A stretch of DNA of 64,000 nt from Minisyncoccia bacterium (GCA_050008535.1 JBEKML010000001.1:260633-324632); one strand, 5' to 3'. Shown: positions 1-9,333, counted from the first letter of the stretch. Numbers and translations are program-made. The notes: a model not told the origin generated them from the sequence alone.

Positions 1-570
1 CCGTAAGAATTTCCCGAATCCGTAGGCTGCGAAAGCGGCGATGACAATTAAAGCGGCGATAAACGCCCAGCGAAGGCTTTTATCAACAAGGACGTAAAGG
101 TGCCCCAGGAAGTATCCCACGGCTATGAGCGCTCCCGTCCAGACGAATTGCCCGCAGAAATTGATAATGAAATATTTTTTGAACGGCACCCGCGCCGCCC
201 CCGCCGCGATGAGCGTCGCGAGGGCAAAGCCGAACCCCATGGTGATTTTGGAGAAAAAAAGGATCTTTACCGGGTGGTCCTGAAAGAACCGCTCCGCCTT
301 TTCGATATTCTCTTCGGTGATGCTGAAAAATCGTCCGTATTTGTCTACGAACGACCGGGCGCCGTGGCGGCCGAGGAAATACCACAACACGTCCCCCGTA
401 AGGTCGCCGGCCATGAGGATGAGATAAATAGGCCAGAACGAGAAGAAGCCTATGCGGACGAGAAATCCGGAAAGCATCATAACGACCGGCCCCTCGACGA
501 TGGCGAGGGGATATGCAATGGGATAACGGAACGCAAGAAGCCAAGAAACGATGGGGGACGTGAACGGCAT
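1..570 (-). CDS. DedA/SNARE-associated family membrane protein (3' end runs off window start)
   Basis: Own minus-strand translation in the frame not listed in the ORF track gives MPFTSPIVSWLLAFRYPIAYPLAIVEGPVVMMLSGFLVRIGFF...ERFFQDHPVKILFFSKITMGFGFALATLIAAGAARVPFKKYFIINFCGQFVWTGALIAVGYFLG. It is hydrophobic with DedA-like motifs. ATG at 568-570 is preceded by two in-frame stops. Confidence 0.7.
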   Translation of the reverse strand, partial: MPFTSPIVSWLLAFRYPIAYPLAIVEGPVVMMLSGFLVRIGFFSFWPIYLILMAGDLTGDVLWYFLGRHGARSFVDKYGRFFSITEENIEKAERFFQDHPVKILFFSKITMGFGFALATLIAAGAARVPFKKYFIINFCGQFVWTGALIAVGYFLGHLYVLVDKSLRWAFIAALIVIAAFAAYGFGKFLR

Positions 571-667
571 GGAAGAGAAGTTACTTTATTATAACATTTG
601 CCCACCGGGGTATAATTTCTCCGTTCGAGCAGTTGACTCGCGCGTCGCACGCTTCTAAAATATACCT

Positions 668-850
668 GTGATAGAACATTGGGTTTATGGCATCGTCGGA
701 TTTTGGATTTTGCTCTCGCCGTGGCTTTTGGGGTATGCGAACCTCTCGATCGCGAAGTGGAGCAGCATCCTTTGCGGGCTCATCCTCGTCCTTATGGGTG
801 TTTGGTCGCTTTTCGGGGAAAAACAAAATAAAAATAAAGATCAATCATGA
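668..850 (+). CDS. small 2-TM membrane protein (SPW-repeat-like)
   Basis: 60-aa hydrophobic ORF (WILLSPWLLGY...). Its stop overlaps the start of the downstream glutaredoxin gene by 4 nt. Confidence 0.45.
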   Translation: MIEHWVYGIVGFWILLSPWLLGYANLSIAKWSSILCGLILVLMGVWSLFGEKQNKNKDQS

Positions 851-1089
851 AAAAAGTTACCATTTACAGCACGCCGACCTGCGTCTATTGCAAAATGGCG
901 AAGGATTTTTTTGCGAAGAACAATATTGCCTACGAAGAGCATGATGTAGCAATGGACCAACAAGCGCGTGAGGAGATGTTCGCGAAATCGCATCAGATGG
1001 GCGTTCCCGTGATCGATGTGGACGGCCAGATCATCGTCGGTTTTGATAAAAAGGTTTTGGAAGACCTCCTGCTTTCCGCGAAGAAATAA
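847..1089 (+). CDS. glutaredoxin-like protein (NrdH/Grx family)
   Basis: 80 aa with a CxxC redox motif (TCVYC) and thioredoxin-fold pattern; sits immediately upstream of trxB. Confidence 0.8.
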   Translation: MKKVTIYSTPTCVYCKMAKDFFAKNNIAYEEHDVAMDQQAREEMFAKSHQMGVPVIDVDGQIIVGFDKKVLEDLLLSAKK

Positions 1090-1097
1090 CGAATGCA

Positions 1098-2015
1098 ATG
1101 TACGACTTGATCATTATCGGCGGGGGGCCGGGCGGCGTTGCTGCCGGCGTTTACGCCGCGAGGAAAAAAATAAAGACGCTTTTAATCACCGACGGCTTCG
1201 GCGGCCAGTCGGCGGTTTCCGGCGAGATCCAAAATTGGATCGGGACGAAATCGATCTCGGGATACGACCTTGCGAAATCGCTTGAGGAGCACCTGCGCGC
1301 ACAGGAGGATATTACCGTTATTGACGATGATCTGGCGGTCGGCGTCCAAAAAAAGGACGGCGGCTTTTCTTTGTCAACGCGGAACGGAAAAGCATATGAA
1401 GCGCGGTATTTGCTTTTGGCCTCCGGCAGCCGGAGAAAAAAGCTGGGTGTTCCGGGCGAAAAAGAGTTCGATGGCAAGGGCGTCGTGTATTGTTCCATCT
1501 GCGATGCGCCGTTGTTCAAAGATAAAACGGTCGCGGTCGTGGGCAGCGGGAATTCCGCGCTTGAGGCGGTGATCGACCTTCTCTCGTACGCCGCGAAAAT
1601 TTATTTGGTGGTCCGCTCGGAGGCTTCGAAAGGCGATCCGGTCACGCAAGATAAGGTAAAAAACGATCCAAAAGTCACCATCCTTTTGAGCACGGTGGTG
1701 GAACAGATACGGGGCAAGGATTTTGTGGCCGGCGTCCACCTGAAGAACGTAAAGACCGGCGAAGAAAAAGAACTTCCCCTGGACGGTGTGTTCGTGGAGA
1801 TCGGCCTTCTCCCCAATTCTGATTTTGTAAAAGAACTGGTGAAGCTGGATGAGCGTGGCCACGTCGTGGTTGATGCGAGGACCCAAGCAACTTCATGCGA
1901 AGGCATTTGGGCGGTGGGTGACGTGACGGATGTTTTGTACCGGCAGAACAACATCTCCGCCGGCGACGCCGTGAAGGCGGTTTTGAATATCTACGACCGC
2001 ATCAAGAAACAGTGA
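1098..2015 (+). CDS. trxB: thioredoxin-disulfide reductase
   Basis: GGGPGG FAD-binding motif at the N-terminus, redox CSICDAP (CxxC) motif, 305 aa. Confidence 0.9.
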   Translation: MYDLIIIGGGPGGVAAGVYAARKKIKTLLITDGFGGQSAVSGEIQNWIGTKSISGYDLAKSLEEHLRAQEDITVIDDDLAVGVQKKDGGFSLSTRNGKAYEARYLLLASGSRRKKLGVPGEKEFDGKGVVYCSICDAPLFKDKTVAVVGSGNSALEAVIDLLSYAAKIYLVVRSEASKGDPVTQDKVKNDPKVTILLSTVVEQIRGKDFVAGVHLKNVKTGEEKELPLDGVFVEIGLLPNSDFVKELVKLDERGHVVVDARTQATSCEGIWAVGDVTDVLYRQNNISAGDAVKAVLNIYDRIKKQ

Positions 2016-2016
2016 G

Positions 2017-2093
2017 CTTAGAGCAAGGGAAAGATACTTCAAAACGAGTACTAAGAAGGGCTCGTTTTGAAGTATCTTTCCCTTGCTCTAAGA
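2017..2093. repeat. 32-bp perfect inverted repeat (long hairpin, 13-nt loop) between trxB stop and groES promoter
   Basis: gcttagagcaagggaaagatacttcaaaacgag / ctcgttttgaagtatctttcccttgctctaag are exact reverse complements. There is no T-run after it; it is not a canonical CIRCE. Confidence 0.8.
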
Positions 2094-2104
2094 TTAAGTG
2101 TCGC

Positions 2105-2132
2105 TTGACACTAACTGCCCTGTGGATACAAT
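2105..2132 (+). promoter_or_regulatory. sigma70-like promoter for groES-groEL (TTGACA-16-TACAAT)
   Basis: Exact TTGACA hexamer, 16-nt spacer, TACAAT, about 10 nt upstream of the groES ATG. Confidence 0.5.
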
Positions 2133-2142
2133 ATTCATTGAT

Positions 2143-2433
2143 ATGAACCTCAAACCATTATCCAATCATCTGTTTTTGGAGCCGCTGGACGAGGAAAAAA
2201 AGACGAAAGGCGGCATTGTGCTTCCCGACACTGCGGAGAAAGAGAAACCGATAAAAGGCAGGGTGTTCGCCGTGGGTCCCGGCAAACGGAACGACAAGGG
2301 CGAGATTCAGCCGATGTCGGTCAAGATCGGGGATGTTGTCCTCTTCAAAAAATACGGGCCGGACGAGATAGAGATCGAGGGGAAGAAATATCTGGTCGGA
2401 GACGAAGACGACATTTTGGCCGTTATTGAATAA
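2143..2433 (+). CDS. groES: co-chaperonin GroES
   Basis: MNLKPLSNHLFLEPLDEEKKTKGGIVLPDTAEKEKP...; 96 aa. The ORF track's 2098 start is a GTG inside the promoter; the ATG at 2143 gives canonical length. Confidence 0.9.
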   Translation: MNLKPLSNHLFLEPLDEEKKTKGGIVLPDTAEKEKPIKGRVFAVGPGKRNDKGEIQPMSVKIGDVVLFKKYGPDEIEIEGKKYLVGDEDDILAVIE

Positions 2434-2443
2434 ATAAATAACC

Positions 2444-4084
2444 ATGGCAAAACAGATAAAATTCAACGAAGATGCTCGTGCGGCGATCAAAAAGGGGATT
2501 GATAAACTTGCGCAGGCGGTCACGATGACGCTCGGCCCCCGCGGGCGCGCGGTCGTGATAGAAAAAGGCTACGGCGCGCCGCAGGTGACGTTTGACGGCG
2601 TTTCCGTGGCGAAAGAAATTGAACTGGAAGACAAATGGGAAAATGTCGGCGCGGAATTCATCAAGCAGGCGGCCGACAAGACGAATGACGGCGTGGGCGA
2701 CGGAACCACAACGTCGGTTATCCTTGCGCACGCGATGATAGACGAGGGCGAGAAGGTGATCCGCGAGAAGGGATTCAATGTGATCCAGCTTGCGGAGGAG
2801 CTGCGGAGGGCGAGCCAGCGCGTCGTCACGGCACTGGAGGGGCAGCGCGAGCTCATTAACGACAACAAAAAGGTAAAAGAGGTTGCCACGCTTTCTGCGA
2901 AGGACGAAGAGATCGGCGGCCTCATCGCAACCGTGATGGAGAAGATCGGCAAGGAAGGCGTTGTGACCATTGAGGATTCCAATACCATCGGCAATTCGTT
3001 TGAGATCGTGGAGGGCATGCAATTCGACCGTGGCTACGTTTCGCAATATATGGTGACCAATCAGGAAAAAATGGAAGCGACGCTGGAAGATCCGTATGTT
3101 TTGGTGACCGACAAAAAGATATCTTCCATCCAGGAAGTCTTGCAGCTTTTGGAGAAGATCGTGCAAAGCGGGAAGAAAGAGCTCTTGATCATCGCGGACG
3201 ACGTGGACGGCGAGGCGCTTGCGACGCTCGTTGTGAACAAGCTCCGCGGCATCTTCAATGTGCTTGCGGTGAAGGCGCCGGGCTTCGGCGACCGGAAGAA
3301 GGAAATGCTGCAGGATATTGCCACGGTGACCGGTGCAACGTTCATTTCCGAAGAGCTCGGCAAGAAACTGGAAAATACGGAGCTGGACGATCTCGGCCAT
3401 GCGCATCGTGTGGTGTCCGGGAAGGATGCGACGACGATCGTCGGTGGCAAGGGCGGGAAGAAGAACATCGACGCGCGCATAGCGCAGATCAAGGCGCAGA
3501 TCAAAAAAACCGATTCGGATTTTGACAAAGAGAAATTACAGGAGCGGCTGGGCAAGCTTGCAGGAGGCGTGGCCGTCATCAAGGTGGGAGCGCCGACCGA
3601 GGCCGCACAGAAGGAATTAAAGCAACGCGTGGAGGATGCAGTGGCCGCGACGCGCGCTGCGATGGAAGAGGGGATCGTCCCGGGCGGCGGCATCGCACTT
3701 TTCAATGTAAGTGCGGGGCTCGCGCTGAAAACCGCGGGTGGCAAGGTGGACGAAGTGGTGCGGATCCTCGTGCGTGCGCTTGAGTCGCCGCTCCGTGCGA
3801 TCGTCGCAAACAGCGGTGAATCGCCGGACCGCGTGATCACTGAATTGCAAAAGCAGAGGAGCGAGCTGTGGCAGGGCTTCAATGCGGTCACAAATAAAAT
3901 CGGCGACCTCAAAGAAGCGGGTATCATTGACCCCTTGAAGGTAACAAGAACGGCATTCGCGAACGCGGTTTCCGTCGCCGCGAACTATCTTACTGTCGGT
4001 GCGGCTATCACGAGCATCCCCGAGAAAAAGAATCCGCCCGCCATGTCCGGCGGCATGCCGGGGATGGGAGGAGAGGACTATTGA
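2444..4084 (+). CDS. groEL: chaperonin GroEL (60 kDa)
   Basis: 546 aa, AAVEEGIVPGGG motif, C-terminal GGMPGMGG tail. Confidence 0.95.
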   Translation: MAKQIKFNEDARAAIKKGIDKLAQAVTMTLGPRGRAVVIEKGYGAPQVTFDGVSVAKEIELEDKWENVGAEFIKQAADKTNDGVGDGTTTSVILAHAMIDEGEKVIREKGFNVIQLAEELRRASQRVVTALEGQRELINDNKKVKEVATLSAKDEEIGGLIATVMEKIGKEGVVTIEDSNTIGNSFEIVEGMQFDRGYVSQYMVTNQEKMEATLEDPYVLVTDKKISSIQEVLQLLEKIVQSGKKELLIIADDVDGEALATLVVNKLRGIFNVLAVKAPGFGDRKKEMLQDIATVTGATFISEELGKKLENTELDDLGHAHRVVSGKDATTIVGGKGGKKNIDARIAQIKAQIKKTDSDFDKEKLQERLGKLAGGVAVIKVGAPTEAAQKELKQRVEDAVAATRAAMEEGIVPGGGIALFNVSAGLALKTAGGKVDEVVRILVRALESPLRAIVANSGESPDRVITELQKQRSELWQGFNAVTNKIGDLKEAGIIDPLKVTRTAFANAVSVAANYLTVGAAITSIPEKKNPPAMSGGMPGMGGEDY

Positions 4085-4109
4085 TTTTCTGATAGATTCG
4101 TGATATAAT
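4081..4109 (+). promoter_or_regulatory. strong extended -10 promoter (TTGATT-17-TGaTATAAT) immediately after groEL stop
   Basis: Direct sequence match to the sigma70 consensus with TGn extension. Confidence 0.5.
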
Positions 4110-4145
4110 GGGCGAAAGGTCGCGGTTTAAAACAACAACAATCCA

Positions 4146-4352
4146 ATGATCGCAGCAGAAGGAGAAAAGAAAAAAGTGTCGGGGATCGAGATGGAGCTCA
4201 ATGGGGATATTCTCCAGTGGCGCGAGCGGTATGCCGACAACTCCGTGGGTGAGTGGAACACCGAAGCAGAGATAAATCCTAGCAACGCGCCCGGGGTGAA
4301 AAGGCTTCGGGAGAGGCTTCTTGCAGAAAGGGGTCTTACGGAAAGAGAATAG
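4146..4352 (+). CDS. hypothetical small protein (possibly non-coding transcript instead)
   Basis: 68-aa ORF downstream of the promoter at 4081-4109, with no clear RBS. Confidence 0.25.
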   Translation: MIAAEGEKKKVSGIEMELNGDILQWRERYADNSVGEWNTEAEINPSNAPGVKRLRERLLAERGLTERE

Positions 4353-4391
4353 AAAGTTGCGGGCGTTTCTGCGGGAGGGTACAATAGACCT

Positions 4392-4946
4392 ATGACACCC
4401 ATTCTTTGGATCGTAGTTATAATCATCGTTCTCACGGTCTTATGGCTCGTTGCGGCCTATAACGGGCTTGTTCGGACGCGTAATCGTGCACAGGAGGCGT
4501 GGTCGGACATTGATGTGCAGCTCAAACGCCGGTACGACCTCATCCCGAACCTTGTGGAGACGGTGAAGGGATATGCGGCGCACGAAAAGACCGTTTTTGA
4601 GGATGTGACGAAGGCGCGGTCGCAGGCGATGCAGGCCTCGGGCGCGGCGAAGGCCGGAGCAGAAAACCAGCTTTCACAAACGTTGAAGTCGCTCTTCGCC
4701 GTTGCGGAAAATTATCCGCAGCTCAAGGCGAACGAGAACTTCATGAAGTTGCAGGATGAGCTTACCGATACCGAAGACAAGATCCAGGCGGCCCGCCGCT
4801 TCTACAACGGCATGGTCCGCGACCTGAACATAAAAATCCAGACCTTCCCGACGAACCTGTTCGCGAATGCGTTCGGTTTCAAACAAATGGAGTTCTTTGG
4901 CGACCTTGCGGATGCCGAGAAGCAGCCGGTGCGCGTGGCGTTTTAA
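4392..4946 (+). CDS. lemA: LemA family protein
   Basis: N-terminal TM then the conserved LemA core ([50 protein letters not shown]...). Confidence 0.9.
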   Translation: MTPILWIVVIIIVLTVLWLVAAYNGLVRTRNRAQEAWSDIDVQLKRRYDLIPNLVETVKGYAAHEKTVFEDVTKARSQAMQASGAAKAGAENQLSQTLKSLFAVAENYPQLKANENFMKLQDELTDTEDKIQAARRFYNGMVRDLNIKIQTFPTNLFANAFGFKQMEFFGDLADAEKQPVRVAF

Positions 4947-5858
4947 ATGGCAAATTTATATACCTATCAATCGGCAAATATACGCAGAACGTGGGCTCTT
5001 TTTTTTGTCTTTTTCGTGGTGGTCGTCGGCATCGGTTATGTTTTTTCGCAGGCCTACGGCGATCCGAGCTTTATCGTCTTCGCATTGATCTTCAGCGTTG
5101 TCTATTCGTTTATCAGCTATTATTCCTCGGCGGCGATCGCGTTGCGGCTCGCGCGCGCCGTGCCTATTGAAAAAAAAGACAGTCCGCAGCTCTACAACAT
5201 CGTGGAAAATCTTTGCATCGCCGCGGGGCTGCCTACGCCAAAAATTTATATAACACCCGAGATGCAGATCAATGCGTTCGCGACGGGCCGCGACCCGCAG
5301 CATGCGGCGGTGGCGGTCACCCAGGGCGCACTCCAGCGTTTGAATAAGACCGAATTGGAAGGCGTGCTTGCGCATGAACTTTCGCACGTGGGCAACCGCG
5401 ATATCTTGGTCTCTACGGTGGCCGCGGTCCTTGCCGGCATTATTTCGCTTATCGCGGACATTTTCCTGCGATCGCTTTTCTGGGGCGGCATGGGCATGGG
5501 CGGCGGGCGGCGCAGCAACAACAGCGAAGCGGGCGAATTATTCTTCATTTTTGCGATAGTCCTTTCGATCCTCGCTCCCATCGGTACGATGCTTATCCAA
5601 TTCGCGATATCCCGCCGCCGCGAGGCCCTGGCGGATGCATCGGGCGTGCTCCTTACGCGCTATCCCGAAGGCCTCATCTCCGCGCTCCAAAAGATCGCGG
5701 TTGACGAAACGCCGATGCGCTCCGCGAAGGACTCCACCGCGCATATGTGGCTGGACAATCCTTTCAAGGGTTCGCAGACCTCCTGGTGGCACAAATTATT
5801 CATGACCCATCCGCCGATCGAAGAGCGGATCGCCGCCCTCCGGGCCCTCTCCGTTTAA
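4947..5858 (+). CDS. htpX: zinc metalloprotease HtpX (M48)
   Basis: HELSH zinc-binding motif, 4 TM segments. The lemA-htpX pairing is a common arrangement. Confidence 0.9.
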   Translation: MANLYTYQSANIRRTWALFFVFFVVVVGIGYVFSQAYGDPSFIVFALIFSVVYSFISYYSSAAIALRLARAVPIEKKDSPQLYNIVENLCIAAGLPTPKIYITPEMQINAFATGRDPQHAAVAVTQGALQRLNKTELEGVLAHELSHVGNRDILVSTVAAVLAGIISLIADIFLRSLFWGGMGMGGGRRSNNSEAGELFFIFAIVLSILAPIGTMLIQFAISRRREALADASGVLLTRYPEGLISALQKIAVDETPMRSAKDSTAHMWLDNPFKGSQTSWWHKLFMTHPPIEERIAALRALSV

Positions 5859-5868
5859 TAAGGATTTA

Positions 5869-6597
5869 ATGAAACACTCATTTAAAAACCCCGTGGTTGT
5901 TGCGCTCGGCGGTTCCATTATTTATCCGGACGGCATTGACACCGCGTTTCTCAAAAAATTCAAAAAGTTCACGGCGCCTTTCTTGCGGCGGGGGGTAAAA
6001 TTCGTGCTCGTGATCGGCGGCGGGAATCTTGCACGCCGTTTTCAGGACGCGGCGGCGAAAGTGGCGCCCGTGACCTCCGATGACAGAGATTGGATCGGCA
6101 TCCATGCGACGCGCTTGAATGGCCACCTCGTTCGCACGATCTTCCGCAAAGTAGCCGACCCCGTAATGATTGATGCGCGGCATAAGCTGCCGCGGCTCAT
6201 GTATCCGGTGACGGTCGCTGCAGGATGGCGGCCCGGATGGTCAACCGACTACGTCGCCGCGGTGCTTGCACATGATTTCGGCGCGGGGGAATATGTGGTT
6301 GCCGGAAAGCCCGCCTTTGTTTACGACAAAAATCCGGACGAATACCGCGATGCGCGTCCGCACCACGCGCTTTCGTGGAAGAAATACCGCGCGATGATCC
6401 CGAAGAAATGGATGCCGGGCGCCCACGCGCCGGTGGACCCGATTGCGGCGAAATTCTCAGACGAACACCGTCTCTCCGCGGTCATCATTGACGGGCGCAA
6501 CCTCGCAAACCTCAAGCGTTATTTGGAAGGGAAGCGGTTTGATGGTACGGTGATCAGTAAGGATGAAAGACCCTTACGAAGTTCTAAAAGAGCTTAA
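5869..6597 (+). CDS. pyrH: UMP kinase, archaeal/amino-acid-kinase type
   Basis: VVVALGGSII...VLVIGGGNLARRF...DWIGIHATRLN motifs typical of uridylate kinase. Confidence 0.65.
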   Translation: MKHSFKNPVVVALGGSIIYPDGIDTAFLKKFKKFTAPFLRRGVKFVLVIGGGNLARRFQDAAAKVAPVTSDDRDWIGIHATRLNGHLVRTIFRKVADPVMIDARHKLPRLMYPVTVAAGWRPGWSTDYVAAVLAHDFGAGEYVVAGKPAFVYDKNPDEYRDARPHHALSWKKYRAMIPKKWMPGAHAPVDPIAAKFSDEHRLSAVIIDGRNLANLKRYLEGKRFDGTVISKDERPLRSSKRA

Positions 6598-7081
6598 TAT
6601 TCCGTTTGAAAAGTACGATCACCCCGCGGTCTTTACCTGCGAGGAGGCGGATCGGCTCGCATCGCACGTGCCAGGCACGCCGGCAAAGAATCTTTTTCTT
6701 GAATCGGGAAAAAGCGAAAAATGCTATCTCGTGACGCTCACCTATGGTAAGCGTGCCAACCTTCGCCACTTGAGCGAATTTTTAAACGAGAAAAAGCTGC
6801 ATTTCGGCTCGCCTGAAAAGCTCCTTGCGGCACTCGGCCTTACTCCTGGAGCGGTATCGCCGCTCGGCGTGATCAACGATGCGGCGCATGAAGTCGCTTT
6901 TGTTCTGGACCGGGATTTTCTCGGCGTGGAGCGGATCAATTTCCATCCGAACGTGAATACCGCTTCGCTTGTCGTCGCAATGCCGGATTTTCTCCGCCTC
7001 ATGCGCGAATTAGGTCATGAGCCGCGTCTCTACGACGTCCCCGTTGAGGAAGCGGCGAAAAACCGTCAAGATTCTTTTTAG
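6563..7081 (+). CDS. YbaK/ProX-type aminoacyl-tRNA deacylase (Cys/Pro-tRNA editing)
   Basis: 172 aa, YbaK-like pattern (KNLFLES...GAVSPLG...). Confidence 0.7.
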   Translation: MKDPYEVLKELNIPFEKYDHPAVFTCEEADRLASHVPGTPAKNLFLESGKSEKCYLVTLTYGKRANLRHLSEFLNEKKLHFGSPEKLLAALGLTPGAVSPLGVINDAAHEVAFVLDRDFLGVERINFHPNVNTASLVVAMPDFLRLMRELGHEPRLYDVPVEEAAKNRQDSF

Positions 7082-7208
7082 ATAATTTTAATCTTTGTTG
7101 TGATAAGTTTACCTGGAAGGATCTATTTGTATGGCGAGAATTCTGTGGTAAAGTATCTCCGTACCTTCGGTTCTGCGAACCCCAGAATTAGCACTTTATA
7201 TAGAGAAT

Positions 7209-7295
7209 GGAAGGGTGCAGGAGTGGTTTAACTGGCGATCCTGGAAAGATCGTGTACTAGAAATAGTACCGCGAGTTCGAATCTCGCCCCTTCCG
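7209..7295 (+). tRNA. tRNA-Ser (anticodon GGA)
   Basis: Manually folded: acceptor GGAAGGG/CCCTTCC, D-arm CAG..CTG, anticodon stem CGATC/GATCG with loop CTGGAAA (anticodon GGA), long variable arm GTACTA..TAGTAC, T-arm GCGAG-TTCGAAT-CTCGC, discriminator G, no encoded CCA. Confidence 0.9.
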
Positions 7296-7323
7296 CGAAT
7301 CCGGCTCTAGAGCTGAGAAATTA

Positions 7324-7710
7324 TCACCTATAAACGAAACGTTTGCGCGCAATTTCCTTGCAATTATATCCACTTAAGTCAAAAGCTAGTGGTGGCGCTG
7401 GAGCCAGTTCTGGCTGGCGTTGATTCGTAATCGGGTTCCCGTCTGCGTCGAGGACCGAAAGATTGCCATCAAATCCCGTGCCTGTTCCCACTAAATAAAC
7501 CACGCTCCATAATTTTGTGCATTTTTGCACAAAACAAATAGGCGCACTCTGTTCTTGTGAACACGCTTCGGCAACATTCCGTGGAGTCTGCCACGGTAAT
7601 CGGTGATGATAATCGACGAAAGCTATGAAGATTATGACAACGCCTAAGATTATCAAAACAAGCCATAGCCTTCTCGACTTCGGGCGACTAGTGCTAGGCG
7701 AACCCTCCAT
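7324..7710 (-). CDS. hypothetical membrane-anchored protein
   Basis: 128-aa ORF with an N-terminal TM (LWLVLIILGVVIIFIAF), co-directional with the upstream surface-protein gene. Confidence 0.4.
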   Translation of the reverse strand: MEGSPSTSRPKSRRLWLVLIILGVVIIFIAFVDYHHRLPWQTPRNVAEACSQEQSAPICFVQKCTKLWSVVYLVGTGTGFDGNLSVLDADGNPITNQRQPELAPAPPLAFDLSGYNCKEIARKRFVYR

Positions 7711-7797
7711 GAAGTCATTGTATCATTATTGCTCCTCCCCTAGAATCGTTTGAACATCGTCGCAGGCTTCCCGCAGGATTATATAGGACTTCGCCGC

Positions 7798-9333
7798 TCA
7801 GTTTCCTGCGTTCAGCGCCGCCCGCGTACTCGGGCCAACATATCCGGCTGCGGTGATGCCGTGCGCGGTCTGATATTTCATAACGGCCTGTTCGGTAAGC
7901 GTGCCGTAAAAGCCGGTGACAGGGCCGGAGTAAAATCCGAGCGCGGCGAGCCGCTCTTGGAGCGCGGTTACCTGCGCATCCTGCGATCCTACGGTCAAAA
8001 GCTCTGTGAAGCGGGAAGCTCCGGACGAGGTGTTTGCGACGGCGCTCGCGCTCGCGTTGCCGGCGTTCACCTGCGCCTCAAGCTGATTGAGTTGGGTCTG
8101 GATAGACTGGATCTGCGTCAAAACCTGCGCCACCGCGGTTTTCAGTGTTTGGATTTCGGCGAGAAGCGTGGCGTTCACGACAGTTGTCCCTTGTTGCGTG
8201 GTTAGCGTCGTCGTTTGCGCGGTGTTATTAGTAGTGCTTGTAAGACCCGCCACCGTGACGGAAAGCGAACTGCACCCGCCGCCGGTGGCGCATATCGTGA
8301 GCAAATCAGTCCCCACGCTTGCGCCGTAGAGCGAGAGCGTGACGCTATTGGCCATGTTTGCCTGCACGATATCCGCATTTGCATTCGATAAAATGACGTA
8401 GCTCGAGGCGCTGCCCGAAAGCCCGACGTTCAGGTTCTGCCCGACCGCGAGCGTTGGATTGGTGACACTGAAAATAACGGCCTGGTTCGTGGCTGATGCG
8501 GTAACGGTCACGGAGAGGGTGCCGCAGACGCTGGTGCTCGACGTGTCGCAAACCGTTATCGTCGCGCTGCCGGCCGCAGTGGCATATACGGTGATCCCGT
8601 TGCCGGACATGCCCGTAGAGACAGCACTAGCGTTGGAGTTGTTGGATACATTATAGGTCCCGTTCCCGCCGGAAATGGCCACGATCTGGCTGCCGCCCGT
8701 TACCAGGGAAATGTTGTTCTGACCGAACGAGATGCTTGAAGTGCTTGAGGAACCGGAAGAATTAATAGTTACCGAAAGCGTGCCACAGGCTCCTGACGTG
8801 TCGCAAACGGTGATCGTGGCGCCGCCGGCCGCCAAGCCGGAAACCGCGAGCGTATTGCCGGATAGATTCGTGGAAGCGACACTGGCGTTAGAATTACTCG
8901 ATACGGTATAGGTCCCGTTGCCGCCGGAAACCGTCACCGATTGGTTGTTGCCTATCAATAAGGAAAGATTGCTTTGGCTGAAGGAGATGCCCGACACGCT
9001 CCCAGCCTGCACCGTGACGGCTAGATTTGTGCAGTCGGAAGACGTGCCGATCGCACAGACGGTGATGGTCGCCGAACCCAGTGCCTGCCCCGTGACCGTG
9101 ATTTGTGTTCCGTTCACCAAAACAGAAACAAGGGTGGGACTGGAATTCAATTCCATATAAACACTGACGCCATTTCCCGACGTAACCGTTGCCGACTGCC
9201 CGAGGCCGACGGTAACATTTGTTTGGTTCAGCGTAGGAACCATCGCATAGGCGACGCCCGCCGCGATGAACATTCCGACCGCCGCGGCACCCGCCGCCCA
9301 TGTGAGCCATGAAAATTTCATTGTTTTTATCAT
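7798..9333 (-). CDS. secreted surface protein with about 4 tandem Ig-like (BIG-like) repeats, coiled-coil and C-terminal peptidoglycan-binding domain
   Basis: Signal peptide; repeats of about 85 aa (SGGNGTYxVSxNSNAS...ATITVCDTS..CGTLSVT); Q/L-rich coiled coil; C-terminal LAALGFYSGPVTGFYGTLTEQAVMKYQ (PG_binding_1-like). Confidence 0.75.
   Translation of the reverse strand: MIKTMKFSWLTWAAGAAAVGMFIAAGVAYAMVPTLNQTNVTVGLGQSATVTSGNGVSVYMELNSSPTLVSVLVNGTQITVTGQALGSATITVCAIGTSSDCTNLAVTVQAGSVSGISFSQSNLSLLIGNNQSVTVSGGNGTYTVSSNSNASVASTNLSGNTLAVSGLAAGGATITVCDTSGACGTLSVTINSSGSSSTSSISFGQNNISLVTGGSQIVAISGGNGTYNVSNNSNASAVSTGMSGNGITVYATAAGSATITVCDTSSTSVCGTLSVTVTASATNQAVIFSVTNPTLAVGQNLNVGLSGSASSYVILSNANADIVQANMANSVTLSLYGASVGTDLLTICATGGGCSSLSVTVAGLTSTTNNTAQTTTLTTQQGTTVVNATLLAEIQTLKTAVAQVLTQIQSIQTQLNQLEAQVNAGNASASAVANTSSGASRFTELLTVGSQDAQVTALQERLAALGFYSGPVTGFYGTLTEQAVMKYQTAHGITAAGYVGPSTRAALNAGN

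Noticed and set aside
83-594. ORF-track entries 83..544(-) and 100..594(+) at the window start
   Set aside because: Both are Arg/Pro-rich, low-complexity translations. A third frame on the minus strand gives a coherent DedA-family membrane protein (1..570) with upstream in-frame stops, so these two are antisense/out-of-frame shadows.
2017-2093. Interpretation of the trxB-groES palindrome as a canonical CIRCE/HrcA operator
   Set aside because: Sequence does not match TTAGCACTC-N9-GAGTGCTAA; the stem is 32 bp with a 13-nt loop rather than 9-bp arms. Kept only as an unusual palindrome.
2423-4084. Long antisense ORFs 2423..3406(-), 2569..3018(-), 3061..3927(-) inside groEL
   Set aside because: They lie entirely within the unmistakable GroEL coding sequence and have Ser/Arg-rich, homologue-free composition; typical shadow ORFs.
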